The notes under the pieces were generated by a model. The model ran no database searches. It saw only the letters and a list, made by a program, of their open reading frames with translations, and was not told the DNA's origin. Made by a program: the position numbers and the translations under genes. Below are positions 24,541 to 40,108 of a DNA stretch of 64,000 nucleotides, piece after piece; within the stretch, counting starts at the first letter, position 1; the number at the start of each line of letters is the position of its first letter. Source of the stretch: Eledone cirrhosa (lineage: Eukaryota); the NCBI GenBank assembly GCA_964016885.1, contig OZ024750.1:32550001-32614000 (forward strand). Direction: 5' to 3'.

Positions 24541-24880
24541 AGACACATGGCTTAGTGGTTAGAGCCTTGCAATTGAAAGGTTGTGAGTTCAATTCTCAGA
24601 CCGGGTGATATGTTGTTTCCTTGAGCAAGACACTTTATTTCACATTGCTCCAGTTTACTCATCTGTATAAATGAGATGATAGGGGCTGGGGTCCATATCA
24701 TTCCACTGCAAAGTGGTCGTGGAGGTGCCACGGCAAAAAAGCACCCAGCACTCACTGTAAATGAGGTTGGTGTTAGGAAGGGCAACCAGCTGTAGAAATC
24801 AAGCCAGAATCAGTTCCCGTCCCACCCTTGCAAGCAGGGAAAAGTGGACGTAAAATGAAATGAATGAATGAATGAATGAA
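24541..24880 (+). mobile_element. CORE-type SINE family B
   Basis: tRNA-like head, CORE-like segment, RTE-type tail and (AATG)n end. Confidence 0.92.
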
Positions 24881-24895
24881 GACAATTATTATATA

Positions 24896-25081
24896 CAGTG
24901 GAACCTTGGTTCACGAATGTTACTCATCAGCTGAAGTGTTCGAAAACCGAACCTATTTTTCCTATACAAAATGTTGAGAGAGAGAGAGGCTGTGTATGAA
25001 AGATAGATATCAATATAGTAACTAACTACACAGCAAGTGACACTTTCCTGGAAAAATTGATCGTGAACCGAGGTTCCATTG
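24896..25081. mobile_element. Tc1/mariner (pogo/Tigger-like) MITE
   Basis: TA|cagtggaaccttggttcacga...tcgtgaaccgaggttccattg|TA: 21-bp TIRs with a TA TSD. Confidence 0.85.
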
Positions 25082-25809
25082 TATATATATATAATTGTTT
25101 CTACTTTAGGCACAAGGCCAGCAATTACCCAGTACATTACTGGTACTTTATTTTATCGACCCTGTAAGGATGAAAGGCAAAGTTAACCTCGGCGGGATAT
25201 GAACTCCAATTATGTATGATGTTATCTCAAATTGTCTTTTTTCTGTTCAGTAATATTTGCTGGAGCTGGTGCAGTAATGCACCATGGGTCAACCTGAGGC
25301 TATGGTAAATGACATTTGTCCAAGATGTCACACAGTCGGATTGAAACTGGGACCTTATGATTGTGAAGTGCACTCCTTATTCATTTGGCCCTCATTTCCT
25401 TTTTTTATTATTCATAAAAGCAGTCTTATTATATAATTGGTATAATTATTTATTATATCTATACACCTCTCCTACCCAACCCACACATACAAATATAACA
25501 GCTGGGCACAATCTACATCGGATCTCCCATAATGCTGTTGCCATGACAACATGTACTAAGTCCACTCTGTATGCTGATCCAGTGCTACACCAACAAAAAG
25601 CACCCAGTCCATCCTGTAAGGTGGTGGTGCTGGTGACATGATAAAAAGCATCTAGTTGGCATAAAGAAGAGCATCCTGCTGTAGAAATCAAAAATCAAAA
25701 TACAACTCCATATAAGCAAGACGTGTTCTCTGGACCTGACTTGACTCAATGGGACAGCCTGTCTAACCCATGCAAGCATGGGAAAATAGATATTAAATGA
25801 CGATGATGA

Positions 25810-25840
<31 letters not shown>

Positions 25841-26539
25841 TTAAACCAGACTTCAGATTGATGACTTGTAATTTAAACTAGTTAAGTTTCACTACGATAG
25901 ACATGCATTATGGACAATAGATACGTAGTACATATAATACATTAAAATAAGTATAGCCCCACTCACTTCACAATGACTATATCACCAAATGTAATAGTTC
26001 ACATTTTACATTCAGCACATATTTATGAAATATTTGGCTGATTCAATTTGTATAATAACTTTATATGTCATCGTATATACCAGTAAGTTGTAATGTAAGC
26101 ATTGAGAATGTCTTCATCTTGTGTATGTAGATGTTGTTTGTAGATGAAGCTGAAAAATATGTATTGTTACTTCAAATAATAAGAATCTATAGTTTATAAA
26201 GCCCAACACTGCTACGATTACTACAGTAGCCCTCTGCAATACCATCCCATAACTTGTATTATAGAAATCAATAATCATATTAAATATGAAAAGCAATAAT
26301 ATTGATATTTAACTTGAAACCTTTTCCTTGTTGCTGTTGTTATTCAAAGCCACAGAGAAAAGTAAATATGATAAATTAATGATTTAGATAGATTAGAAAA
26401 ATATAGCAAAATAAATATAATTTTAAATAAAATAATATATATATTTTCAAATTATGCAGAATGTTATTCTTTACTTACTAAGTAATAGAACAGTTGAGGA
26501 AATATTATTGAATATCACAGGACTGTAAAACTAAAATGA

Positions 26540-26760
26540 GAACCATACATAGCTAAGTTAATGGGTAGTGATAGTTGAGGATAGCAGTTAGAGCTGCAGG
26601 TAGTTGATAGAGCCTTACGTAGTTAAGTTAATCGGTTATTGGTCGGTGAGGACAGTAGATAGAGTCTTACATAGCTGAGTTAATGGGTTAGTGGTGGGTG
26701 AGGACAGTAGATAGAGCCTTACATAGCTAAGTTAATGGGTTAGTGGTGGGTGAGGACAAA
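26540..26760. repeat. Short tandem repeat, ~52 bp unit, about 4 copies
   Basis: gagccttacatagctaagttaatgggttagtggtgggtgaggacagtagata repeated with variants. Confidence 0.85.
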
Positions 26761-27349
26761 ATGCTTTTTAAGGTAAAACTGTATTTAAAAATCAATTATC
26801 TGTGATATAATTAATTATTATATATAAAGGGTGAGTTATAAGTATTTGGGCAGTCAGTGCATTTTTATTGCAAGGTTCACAGATAACTTTTTGAACATCC
26901 ATTTATTTGTGTGTGATCACCCATGGTTATATTGTTTTAACTACTTTTGTTTAATGTATTTATAATTTTGTAATATATGACCAGAATTTTAGTAATTATT
27001 ATTTGAAATTTAAATGTTGGAGTAAACAATTACATATGATTCACCTTGTATATACGGGCTATGTGTATCTCTGTTTTTATAAAAGGTAGACTATATCTCT
27101 GCATGTTGTAAGAAACATGGAATCCAGCCATAAAACACTGCCCTAAAATCTCCAATCTAATCCATGCCAGCATGAAAAGGAGGTAAGTAAAAAGGATGAC
27201 AACAGTTATGGATCTATTTCATTAAAAATATATTTTCCTTGAAGTAAAATACTTTTTAATATAAGAGACACCTTATACACTGATATTTTCTATAGTGTGC
27301 TAAAACTTACATATTTGCATATCTTTTGTCCTGGTAAATACTGTAATAC

Positions 27350-27535
27350 ATCCTGCTACAACTCCTTGTCCAAAACCATCCTTTAGGGCACAGTCGAAGG
27401 AGGGAAAAGAAGAGACAGACAAAGAAAATCCTGATCTGATAACATCAAAGATTGGAATGATTACAACACCAAGACCCTTCTACACATGATGGAGAATAGA
27501 GACCAGTTGTGATGGTTGACTGAAAACGTGTCTAG
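27350..27535 (+). mobile_element. Old RTE-clade LINE C-terminal fragment
   Basis: SLSKTIL*GTVEGGKRRDRQRKS*SDNIKDW resembles the RTE C-terminal KTILQGTVEGxRRRGRQRKxWxDNIKEW motif. Confidence 0.75.
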
Positions 27536-29520
27536 AGTGGCACCCCAACGACTGGTTGTACCAATGGCACATCTGGAGGGCCACCCCAACGAATGGTTGC
27601 ACCAGTGGCACATCTAGAGTGGCATTCCAATGACTGGCTGAACCAGTGGCACATCTAGTGTGGCACCCCAACAACTGGCTGCATCAGTGGCATTGCAACG
27701 GTTGGCTGCACCAGTGGCACATCTACAGTGGCACTTCAATGACTGGCTGTACCAATGTCACATCTACAGTGGCACTCCAACAACTGGCTGCATCAGTGGC
27801 ACATCCAGAGTGGCACTGCAACAGTTGGCTGCACCAGTAACACATCTACAGTGGCACTTCAATGACTGGCTGCACCAGTAGCACATCTACAGTGGCACTT
27901 CAATGACTGACTGCACCAGACACATCTACAGCAGCACTTCAATGACTGGCTGCACCAGTGGCACATCTACAATGGCACTTCAATGACTGACTGCACCAGA
28001 CACATCTACAGCAGCACTTCAATGACTGACTGCACCAGACACATCTACAGCAGCACTTCAATGACTGGCTGCACCAGTGGCACATCTACAATGGCACTTC
28101 AATGACTGACTGCACCAGACACATCTACAGCAGCACTTCAATGACTGACTGCACCAGACACATCTACAGCAGCACTTCAATGACTGGCTGCACCAGTGGC
28201 ACATCTACAATGGCACTTCAATGACAGGCTGCACCAGACACATCTACAGCAGCACTTCAATGACTGACTGCACCAGACACATCTACAGCAGCACTTCAAT
28301 GACTGGCTGCACCAGTGGCACATCTACAATGGCACTTCAATGACAGGCTGCACCAGTAGCACATCTACAGTGGCACTTCAATGACTGACTGCACCAGACA
28401 CATCTACAGCAGCACTTCAATGACTGGCTGCACCAGTGGCACATCTACAATGGCACTTCAATGACAGGCTGCACCAGTAGCACATCTACAGTGGCACTTC
28501 AATGACTGACTGCACCAGACACATCTACAGCAGCACTTCAATGACTGGCTGCACCAGTGGCACATCTACAATGGCACTTCAATGACAGGCTGCACCAGAC
28601 ACATCTACAGCAGCACTTCAATGACTGACTGCACCAGACACATCTACAGCAGCACTTCAATGACTGGCTGCACCAGTGGCACATCTACAATGGCACTTCA
28701 ATGACAGGCTGCACCAGTAGCACATCTACAGTGGCACTTCAATGACTGACTGCACCAGACACATCTACAGCAGCACTTCAATGACTGGCTGCACCAGTGG
28801 CACATCTACAATGGCACTTCAATGACAGGCTGCACCAGACACATCTACAGCAGCACTTCAATGACTGACTGCACCAGACACATCTACAGCAGCACTTCAA
28901 TGACTGGCTGCACCAGTGGCACATCTACAATGGCACTTCAATGACTGACTGCACCAGACACATCTACAGCAGCACTTCAATGACTGACTGCACCAGACAC
29001 ATCTACAGCAGCACTTCAATGACTGGCTGCACCAGTGGCACATCTACAATGGCACTTCAATGACAGGCTGCACCAGACACATCTACAGCAGCACTTCAAT
29101 GACTGACTGCACCAGACACATCTACAGCAGCACTTCAATGACTGGCTGCACCAGTGGCACATCTACAATGGCACTTCAATGACAGGCTGCACCAGTAGCA
29201 CATCTACAGTGGCACTTCAATGACTGACTGCACCAGACACATCTACAGCAGCACTTCAATGACTGGCTGCACCAGTGGCACATCTACAATGGCACTTCAA
29301 TGACAGGCTGCACCAGTAGCACATCTACAGTGGCACTTCAATGACTGACTGCACCAGACACATCTACAGCAGCACTTCAATGACTGGCTGCACCAGTGGC
29401 ACATCTACAATGGCACTTCAATGACAGGCTGCACCAGACACATCTACAGCAGCACTTCAATGACTGGCTGCACCAGTGGCACATCTACAATGGCACTTCA
29501 ATGACAGGCTGCACCAGTGA
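27530..29520. repeat. GC-richer minisatellite, 39/41-bp monomers with ~120-bp higher-order unit
   Basis: gcacttcaatgactggctgcaccagtggcacatctacaatg and variants recur in triplets. There are no unique spacers. Confidence 0.95.
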
Positions 29521-29901
29521 CAGGAATATGGTGATGATGAAATACTGTAATTAATTGTTTCTACGTTAGGCACAAGGCCAGCAATTACCCAGTGTATTAC
29601 TGGTACTTTATTTTATCGACCCCGTAAGGATGAAAGTTGTTAATTTCATTCACTAATTAATTAGGAGTCTAGTTTAATTGCTGCATTGTATACATAAAGA
29701 TAACTCATTAGTTCAAGTGAAGGGTTACCATGGTTTAAAATAAATCATTGGTCATAATTTATGGTTCCCGAGTTGTAGGCAGAGGTGACCTAGACGAAGA
29801 GACTCTGCCTCAAAACAGTGACCTAACTGGACATAGCATTCATTGTCTCAATGGATCAATGTGATACTATATGGACTTTATACAACTTGTATTTTGATTA
29901 A

Positions 29902-30165
29902 CTGCATTAGTATGGACATGTGAACTCATGGTCGATGATCACCGGGTGAAGAAGTGCCAGGAAATGCCAGTGGAAAGAAGTTGCAGTAGAAGTAGACCAA
30001 GAAAGAACTCGGAAGGGGTAGCGAAAGCTGACCTGAAATTACTGAGACTCACAGAGGAGATGACAAAGGAAACCAGTGAGTGGAGAGATTCTGTGCTGAG
30101 AAGGACCTGTCCAACCCATGCAAGCATAGAAAAAATGGTGTAAAAATGATGATGATGATAATGAC
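29902..30165 (+). mobile_element. RTE-clade LINE 3' fragment, same family as 10181-10637
   Basis: YGHV...VKKCQEMPVERSCSRSRPRK, followed by the same 3' UTR and (TGA)n tail. Confidence 0.88.
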
Positions 30166-30429
30166 GACTCTAGGTATTATGTATTGTGTATGGTGTATAT
30201 ATATTATGGTGTATACTTTATATTTTATATCTTATCTTATATTTTATTTTATATTATATATCATATGTAATTTGTAATATTTGATTTTACATGAAACTAC
30301 ATGAACTCCATACCAATACCTACTCCTCTAATTAATTACTTTTCCAATCAATTACTCATATTTATCATGTATTATTATATTTATTCACACTTTGTAATTT
30401 GTTCACATTTACCATTTATAATTCATCAG

Positions 30430-31210
30430 TAATATGATGTATACTTTAGATATTAAGATATATGATATATATATACCTCAGTTATGTAATATGATGTATA
30501 GTTCAGGCATTATGTAATATGATATACACATTATATAGTATGTAATATGATATACACTCTCGATATTATGTAATATGATATATACTTTAGGTATATGCTT
30601 TAGATATTGTGCAATAAGATGCATGCATTAGATATTATATAATATGATATATACCTTAGATATTATGTAATATGACATTTACTTTATGTATTATGTAACA
30701 TAACCTTTGGGTATTATGTAATCTGATATATATTTTAGACATTGTGTAATATAATGTATGATTTAGATATTATGTAATGTGATGTATACTTTAGTTATTA
30801 TGCAATATTATATACACTTTAGATAGTATGTAATATGACATTTACTTTATGTATTATGTAACATAAACCTTGGGTGTTATACAATATGATATATAATTTA
30901 TATATGTAATATGATGTGTAATTTAGATATTATGTAATATGGTATATACTTTAGTTATTATGCAATGCAATGATGTAACATAAACGTTGGGTATTATGTA
31001 ATATGATATATAAGTTAGATAGTATGATGTATGATTTACATATTATGTAATATGGTATATACTTTAGTTATTATGCAATATGATATATAATTTAGATATG
31101 TAATATGATATATATATATAATTTAGGTATTGGGTAACATATAATTTGGGTATTATGTAATATACTTTAGATATTATGTAGTATGTTATATACTTTAGAT
31201 ATTATGTAAT
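30430..31210. repeat. Degenerate ~28-bp AT-rich minisatellite
   Basis: tattatgtaatatgatatatactttaga variants in tandem. Confidence 0.85.
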
Positions 31211-31789
31211 ATGCATTACAACATATATTGTATATCATACGTCATTTGTAATTTTTGATATTACATGACCCCATTAGACTCACCAATTACCTGCTTCTTT
31301 AATTAATTATTTTCAACTAATTACATTTATTATTTATTATTAAATAAAGTACCAGTAATGCACTGGGTATTTGCTGGCCTTGTGCCTAAAGTAGAAACAA
31401 TTATTTATTATTATTACTAGATGATGGTAGGGTGGTGGATTGGCAGTATCGGTAGCGCACCAGACACTCTGCTTTGCAGCATTGAGTTATGGCCTTTTAT
31501 GTTCTGAGTTCAAATCCCACCGATGTTAGCTTGGCTTTTCATCATTATGGGGTCGATGTGAGGTGGAATAGATTGAACATAATCCTCAAGAAATTTTCCC
31601 TTAGTTTACAAATATGGAATTGACTTGGTGATACAAGCCTTTTCTTGAATCCCAGGGACTAAGGAATGACGGCTGACACAAGCTCATGATTAAGTCACAC
31701 CATTGAATTTTTTCACACATAAACAGGTTTTGGGACCAATTACTTACTTTTTTATTAATTGTTTACTTTATAACTACATTATAGTTTGG

Positions 31790-31960
31790 AATTTCTTCTC
31801 TAGTTGATTCGACTATGAGTGTTAGATCATCTGCGTTTAGAAGTTCCCATGGACAGCGGGTCTTGAACTCCTCCATTATAGCTTGGAGGGCGATAATAAA
31901 TAGGAGGGGGCTAAGGACGGAGCCCTGATGAACACCAACTTTTACGCTAAACTCTTCACA
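31790..31960 (-). mobile_element. RTE-clade reverse transcriptase fragment
   Basis: EEFSVKVGVHQGSVLSPLLF...PWELLNADDL contains the RT QG..LSP motif and a YADD-like motif. Confidence 0.9.
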
Positions 31961-32391
31961 CATATATATATATGTATGTGTGTTTGAATATATGTATGTA
32001 TATGTATATATATATACACATATATATATTCAAGCCAGAATCAGTCCCGTCCCACCCTTGCAAGCAGGGAAAACCGGATGTAAAATGAGGATGAATGATG
32101 ATGATGATGATATACATGAGATACATCAGTGGATGAATGAATGTATTCCATATATATATATATGTGTGTGTCTGTGTCTGTGTCACTGTGTGTGTGTGTG
32201 TACATGTGAGTATGCTTCTTAATGTCTCTGAAATTGCAAGATAGCAGTTTTGACAAGTGTTTCTTCTTATAGAAGTAAATTAAATGAAAATCTGTCAGTA
32301 AATATTACTGTGGTTGAAGCAAATATCTCCTATCTGATATATATCCTTGTAAGAAGCTTATTGAGTGGATTAAGGGGGATTAGGAAATGTG

Positions 32392-33062
<671 letters not shown>

Positions 33063-33387
33063 ATATATATATATATACATCCTATGCAAGCATGGAAGGG
33101 TGAACATGAAAATGATGATGATAATGATGATATATACATATAATTTTAGTTTGTTATTCTTTTACTTGTTTCAATCAATAAATTGTGGCCAAGCTAGGGC
33201 AATGCCTTGATTTTGACAATGATATCTACCCTGAGTACTTATTTTCTCCAAATCTGGTTCTCGTTTTACTGATTTTTTTTGTCAAACTGCTAAGTTATGG
33301 GACATAAACACGCACGCATACACACATACATACACACACACATACATACATACATACATACATACATACATACATACATACATACAT

Positions 33388-33418
<31 letters not shown>

Positions 33419-33689
33419 TACATACATACATACATACATACATACATACATACATACATACATACATACATACATAAAATATAAAATGGGTTTCAGGAGT
33501 TTGTGACAACTACATTCCATTCACAATGTATTGGTGAGAACCATATGTCATGTTAAGTTACTATTTTAGTAATGAGATAATTAATAATTTAAGTAATACC
33601 CTGAACATTCTTCATTATTTAACTGAAATAGAATACACTGCATTAGCATTATGACCATAAAAGGATTAATATATAAGTAATTACATCTG

Positions 33690-34680
33690 TCTAATCTGTC
33701 TAGATAACAGAAGAAATGAAATATACATCTCTCTGGGTAACAGATGAAATAACATACATATGTGTCTGGGAAACAGATGAAATAACATACATATGTGTCT
33801 AGGTAACAGATGAAATAACATACATATGTGTCTGGGTAACAGATGAAATAACATACATATGTGTCTGGGAAACAGATGAAATAACATACATATGTGTCTG
33901 GGAAACAGATGAAATAACATACATATGTGTCTTGGTAACAGATGAAATAACATACATATGTGTCTGGGTAACAGATGAAATAACATACATATGTGTCTGG
34001 GTAACAGATGAAATAACATACATATGTGTCTGGGTAACAGAAGAAATTAAATATATATGTGTCTGGAGAACAGATAAAATGAGATATATATGTGTTTAGG
34101 TAACAGAAGAAATAAGATATATATCTATCTATCAGGGCAACAGATGAAATGAGATATATATGTGCCTGGGTAACAGATGAAATAAAATATATATGTGTCT
34201 GGGTAACAGAAGAAATTAAATATATATGTGTCTGGGTAACAGATGAAATAAAATATATATGTGTCTGGGTAACAGAAGAAATTAAATATATATGTGTCTG
34301 GGTAACAGATGAAATAAAATATATATGTGTCTGGGTAACAGAAGAAATAAAATATATATGTGTCTGGGTAAAAGATGAAATAATATATATATGTGTCTGG
34401 GCAATAGATGAAATGACATATATATGTGTGTCTGGGAAACAGATGAAATGAGATATATATGTGTCTGGGTAAGAGATGAAATGAGATATATATCTTTCTG
34501 ATAGATCTTTCTAATAGATGAAATGAGATATATAGTCTCTTGTATTGCATTAGAAATATGACCATAAAACGGTTGGTATATAATTAATTACATCTGTCTG
34601 GGTAACAGATAAAATAAGATATATATGCGTCTGGGCAATAGATGAAATAAGATATATGGTCTCATGACATAGATAAAAGT
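33690..34680. repeat. Minisatellite, 33 bp unit (gtctgggtaacagatgaaataacatacatatgt)
   Basis: Tandem copies with two sub-blocks of variants. Confidence 0.95.
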
Positions 34681-34774
34681 TATGTATGTCATGAGACAGA
34701 GAAGAATAACAAAGGTGAGGAACTGATGAAAACAACAATGACCCTGAGAAGAGTGCCAAGAAATATTGATGGGT

Positions 34775-35473
34775 CTAGTGATGGTGGTGGTAGTGGTGGG
34801 TGATGAGGGTGGTCGTGGGGATAGTGATGGTCATGTTGGTGGTGATGGTGATAGTGATGGTGGTTTTGGTGGTGGTGGTTGTGGTGGGTGATGAGGGTGG
34901 TCATGGGGATAGTGATGGTCATGTTGGTGGTGATGGTGATAGTGATGGTGGTTTTGGTGGTGGTGGTTGTGGTGGGTGACGGGGTGGTGATAGTGATGGT
35001 GGTGTTGGTGGTGATAGTGATGGTGGTGATGGCGATAGGTGGTGATGGTGGTTGTGTTTGTGGTGATGGTGGTGTTGGTGTTGGTGTTAGTGCTGCTAGG
35101 GGTGTTGGAGGTGATATTTATGTTTGTATTGTTGGTGGTTGTGGTGATGGTAGTAGTATTGTTAGTGAAAATGTTGGTTGTAGTAATGGTAGTAGTATTG
35201 TTAGTGAAAATGTTGGTTGTGGTGGTGGTGTTTGTGGTGATGGTGATAGTAGTGGTGTTGGTGTTGGTGGGGATGTTGTTGTTGTTGCTAATCTTATATC
35301 AAACTACAAAAACGAAAAATTGTTGTAAAGAAAATAGTCAGAACCAGACAGAGACAAAAAAGCCAGAGACAGAGACAAAAAAGTAAGGTGGATGATGGTG
35401 ATGGTGATGATATTGATGGTGATGATGATGGTGATGGTGATGATGAAGGTGATGGTGGTGGTTGTGATGATAG

Positions 35474-35513
<40 letters not shown>

Positions 35514-35580
35514 AGTGATGGTGATGATGGCGATGGCAATGATGATGGTGATGGTGGCAGTTGTGATGATAGTGATGATA

Positions 35581-35613
<33 letters not shown>

Positions 35614-35812
35614 GTGATGATAGCGATGATGATGGTGGTGGTGATGATGATAATGGTGATGATCATTATGGTGATGATGGTGATGATGATGATGGTGATC
35701 ATTATGTTGATGATGATGATGATGATGGTGATGATGGTGATGATGGTGATGATAAAAATGATGATGATGATGATGATGATGGTGATGGCGATGATGACAA
35801 TCATGATGAATA
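34775..35812. repeat. (GGT/GAT)n trinucleotide low-complexity tract
   Basis: Source of poly-D, poly-M and poly-H ORFs. Similar tracts lie at 37198-37500 and 54150-54480. Confidence 0.95.
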
Positions 35813-38800
35813 GTTTCATTAGTGAAATGAAAGTGGAAAGCCATAAAATCAATCACTGGTAAGATAAGATACTTCAACCTGATTGCCAATCGAAGACATA
35901 TATCTAATGGCTGAAAAACGGCCAGAGGTCAAAGAACTAATGGCTTTTTCTTAGCAACTTTCAATCTATTTTAACAGTCGAAGTGATGTTTAAAAAACAC
36001 AAAATGGGTATAGTAAATAAAGATAGTCTTATATTGATAAGTAACAATCATATAAAGCAGAGGTACTCAAACATGTTACCCCCCCACCCCTTCACAGCCA
36101 TGTAATACCCTCAGCGCCCCACAACCCCATTATATAATATATAATATATAATGAATAAAATCATTCATTTATATATATAAAAAATAATATAATATATCGA
36201 TAATTGATCGACAAGATACCAGACCTCATTTGCTTAACGAGTGGGGTGGAGCACATCAAAGCAGACTGAGGAAACAATGTTTCCATTAGTCTTTACAATT
36301 GCTAATACTATCTGTTGGTCGCAACTCCAGGCAGAAGGAACAACGTGAAATAAAGTGTCTTGCTCAAGGACATAATGCATCAACCGGACTGTGAACCAAA
36401 ATCACAACCTGACGATTGTGAATGCTATTCTCTAACCACTCAGCCACGTGCCTTCATAAACTATGTATAAATAAATATATATTTTTTATTTTACTATATT
36501 TATAAATAATATGTATCATTTGATATTTAATATATTATTATATCATCTCTACCACCCTTCCACGACCACCTTATGCCCCAGTGTCCCCTGGACCTTCTCA
36601 ACACCCCTACCGCTTTGAGAAGCTCTGATATAAAGTAACGATTTGAAGTTAAAATTCTCAGTAAAGGAACTTTGATACACTTCAAATTGGAAACTTCTGT
36701 GAATTTTGGCCTGACATAATACATTTGTTATAGCAGTTTGTCTCAAAAGAAAATGTCTCCAAAATAATTTCATCAATTTCATTTTTAGAACCGAAGCCAC
36801 TGGCTTATTGGTAGTTGATTATAAAGGTCTTAACGAATATCTTAAGTGGTTAGAGGCACTGAAAGGTTAATTGTACATAATGTGTGTAGCCACTAGGGGG
36901 TTAAGAAGCTGTGCTGTTGATTAAAATTTAACAAAATAGTGTTCTTGTCTTCAGCATTGTTAAAGCAAATTATTTAAAACTAGCTGATCCTTTGGAGATT
37001 CTACAGTTTAATTAGAAACAATATGACATTTTTAAGATCAATATGACATTTTTAATGTTTTATATTTATGTTGTATATAGACAGGTATATGGCTTAATGG
37101 TTAGAACATTAGGCTTGCAAGTGTGAAGTTAGGAGTTCAACTCCCAGACCAAGTAATGCATTGTGTCCTTAAGTAAGACACTTTAAAGATTACAAAAATG
37201 ATGATGATGATAGTGGTGGTAATGATGCTGCTGCTGCTGATGATGATAATAATGATGACGATAATGATGATGATGGTGGTGGTGGTGCTGGTGCTGGTGC
37301 TTGTGGTGATGATGGTGATGATGGTGGTAATGATGATGATGATGAGGAGGAGGTGGAAGGGGATTGTAATGGTGATGATGATGATGATGATGATAGTGGT
37401 GGTATTGCTGCTGATGATGGTGAAATGGAGGGGGATTGAAATGATGATGATGATGATGATGATGGCAAGAATGAAGACGACAAACAATGATGGCAATGAT
37501 AACAATATCAAAAAGAACTAGAAATAAAACTGGTAACAAAGCAGACGATATAAATTCAATCAATTTTTTCAGAATAAGATAATATGAATTTTTGTTGAGA
37601 AAACAAAATATTATGGAAAAAGAGATTACCTTTCACAGACTTCAGTTGGTCACCAACCATTTGTTTTGCAATAAATGCAGCCATAGTTGAGATTATTCAA
37701 AGAATTATTATACAGATATCAAATAGAATTGCTGCCTGTATTAATTTTTGTCTCAAAGCAAGCTTTTAAACCTTGATTTATCTGCAATATAAAGAAAAGA
37801 AAATTAAGTTTAATTATAAGTTTAAATGATAATAGAAGAGATGTGTTTTAATAATAAGAAATTTGACCCACAATAACATTTTAATGTGTTTTTGTTGTTT
37901 AGTGATAATGCATGATAGATGCAACCAGTACACAGTGTAAAGTGGTTGTTGATAGGAAGGGCATTTAGCCATAGAAATCTCGGCAAACAAAAAATTGCAA
38001 GGACCCTTATGTTGTGTCAAGGACATAATAACCTCGCCTGTGCACTCTATAGAACGTGAGATGGTATGTACAAAAGCTGCAGGTCCCTGGTCTGTATGGG
38101 AGGTCTATGTAGACCCATCCAATCTCTGCTAGCAGGGAAAGCAGAAAGTCTGATGTGATGATGAGGAAGAGGAAGAAAACTTGAGCCAAAGATTCATTTT
38201 AGGGCTTCCAAGACAGATTGGAAGGAGTAAGAAAGTATTCTCAAGCCTGACCTTCAGCCAAAATGTTTGCAGCATAGTGGGCTCAACTAAAGGATGGGGA
38301 TGTTAAACCAGGAAAGACATTAAATCACAGCAATGTATAAAGTCAAAACCTTAGGAATTGGATCAAATATCACTAGAGTTAATATCTATGGAACCCTGAG
38401 TACATTAAGTTTCCTCTTTTCTTTTTTTGTTTTCTTAGGCATAATCTGCTTTTCATTGGCCTTCAATATTTAAAATTTTATTTTCGCTATTTCTTTTTTC
38501 CTTTTTTTTTTCTTTTTTATTTAAATTTTACTTTTTTTATTACTTGTATCACTAGCTCTTTTTGATTACCAGCTGCAAGGAGTACTCAATACTTACTAGC
38601 TCTATGTGGACGTTTAAATAAATAAATAAGTCTACCATTCAATTATACCACAGCAGCATTTGAACTCAGAACCTTGGGAACTGGATCAAATATCACACAA
38701 GGTTCTATCTGATGATTTAATACAATTCCTGACTGCCCTGACTGGTACATTACAAGAACTGACTAATGATGAAAGGAAAAATTAACTTTCATGGGGTTTG

Positions 38801-39928
38801 AACTTGGAATACAAGGAACTGGAGATGAGTTTCAATAACAATTTATTTAATGAACAAGGATCATGAAATTTATTTTATTGTATTGTTTGTTGTTATTTTT
38901 CATGTTAGAGATCAACTTTGCCTTTCATCCATTTGAGGTCAACAAAAAAGTACCAGTCAATTCTTCCTCTTTATTTCCTTCTCACTTTTTATACCTCTCT
39001 GGAAGAAATCTGCTGTACTTAGGCCTGTATAGGGGATAGACTCCATCAGGTTTAGAAATGCCCTAAGAAATGCTGTAGGTAAATATGATGCCCCTATGAT
39101 TTTGTTAGGAGTTATGGGTCTAAACCATACCATGCCATGCCATAGGTGAATATTAGGATATTCCATAACAAAAGTAAATGGCAGAAACATCAAATATATT
39201 GTATAGCTAAAGATGACTAAATGATAGCATTACAGGTCTAAACAGACTGAGGTAACATTCCACAGCAATCACAATATTATCAAACTAAATCAACTCCTTA
39301 AATATAAACTTCTTAATTGAAAAGACATAAATGGAAAGCTGAAGAATGTGACTATTAAAAACAAATGAGAAAATCATTGCGATAACAATAGTTAAGTTAC
39401 GATGGATAATTAATAAAAGCCCAATATAGACATGTCAGTAAGCTTGTAGGATTAACTTTTGTAAACAATATACAATTTAGTTAAATCTTTCATTGATGTG
39501 TTTCTAATGAAATGTATTATGTATGTGGAGCAATTAATTTTGAAATTAATCAAGAATTTGGAAGAATTTAATGAAATAACTAAAGATAAAATGTGATAAA
39601 AACTGTATAATATAAGTGATTTCTACAAGCACAAGGCCAGCAATTTTGATTAAATGGACTCCAGTGCATTACTGGTGCTTTATTTTATTGGCCTCGTAAG
39701 GATGAAAGGCAAAGTTAACCTTGGCAGGATTTGGAATCAGACCGTAAAGGGCCATAACTCTATGTTGCAAAGCCAGATAGCAATAAGGAAAGGAAAACGA
39801 AAGAGAAAGAAAAAAAAGAAAAAGTAAAAAGAAATTAAGCAACGAAAGAAAGAGAAAGATGGAAGGAGCAACTGACTCTAGACCCTAGTAAATAATATTT
39901 TAAAACTCTTTCTTGATCTTGACTTGTG

Positions 39929-40108
39929 TGGCAGTATCGGTAGAGGGTCGGACGCCATGCTTTGCAGCAAAGAGTTATGGCCCTTTATGGTCTGAGTTCA
40001 AATCCCGCCGAGGTTAACTTTGCCTTTCATCCTTACGGGGTCAATAAAATAAAGTACCAGTAATACACTGGGTAAATTGCTGGCCTTGTACCAAAAGTAG
40101 AAACAATT
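39929..40108 (+). mobile_element. SINE family A copy
   Basis: tggcagtatcggtagagggtcggac...gagttcaaatccc...agtagaaacaatt. Confidence 0.9.

Noticed and set aside
27530-29520. CRISPR-like periodicity of ~40 bp
   Set aside because: There are no unique spacers and no cas genes, and the context is eukaryotic. It is a plain tandem array.
34879-35889. Poly-Asp, His, Met and Gly-rich ORFs
   Set aside because: They are trinucleotide microsatellite translations.
38957-39193. Possible LINE endonuclease remnant (PMILLG)
   Set aside because: The similarity is too short and weak to support without a search.
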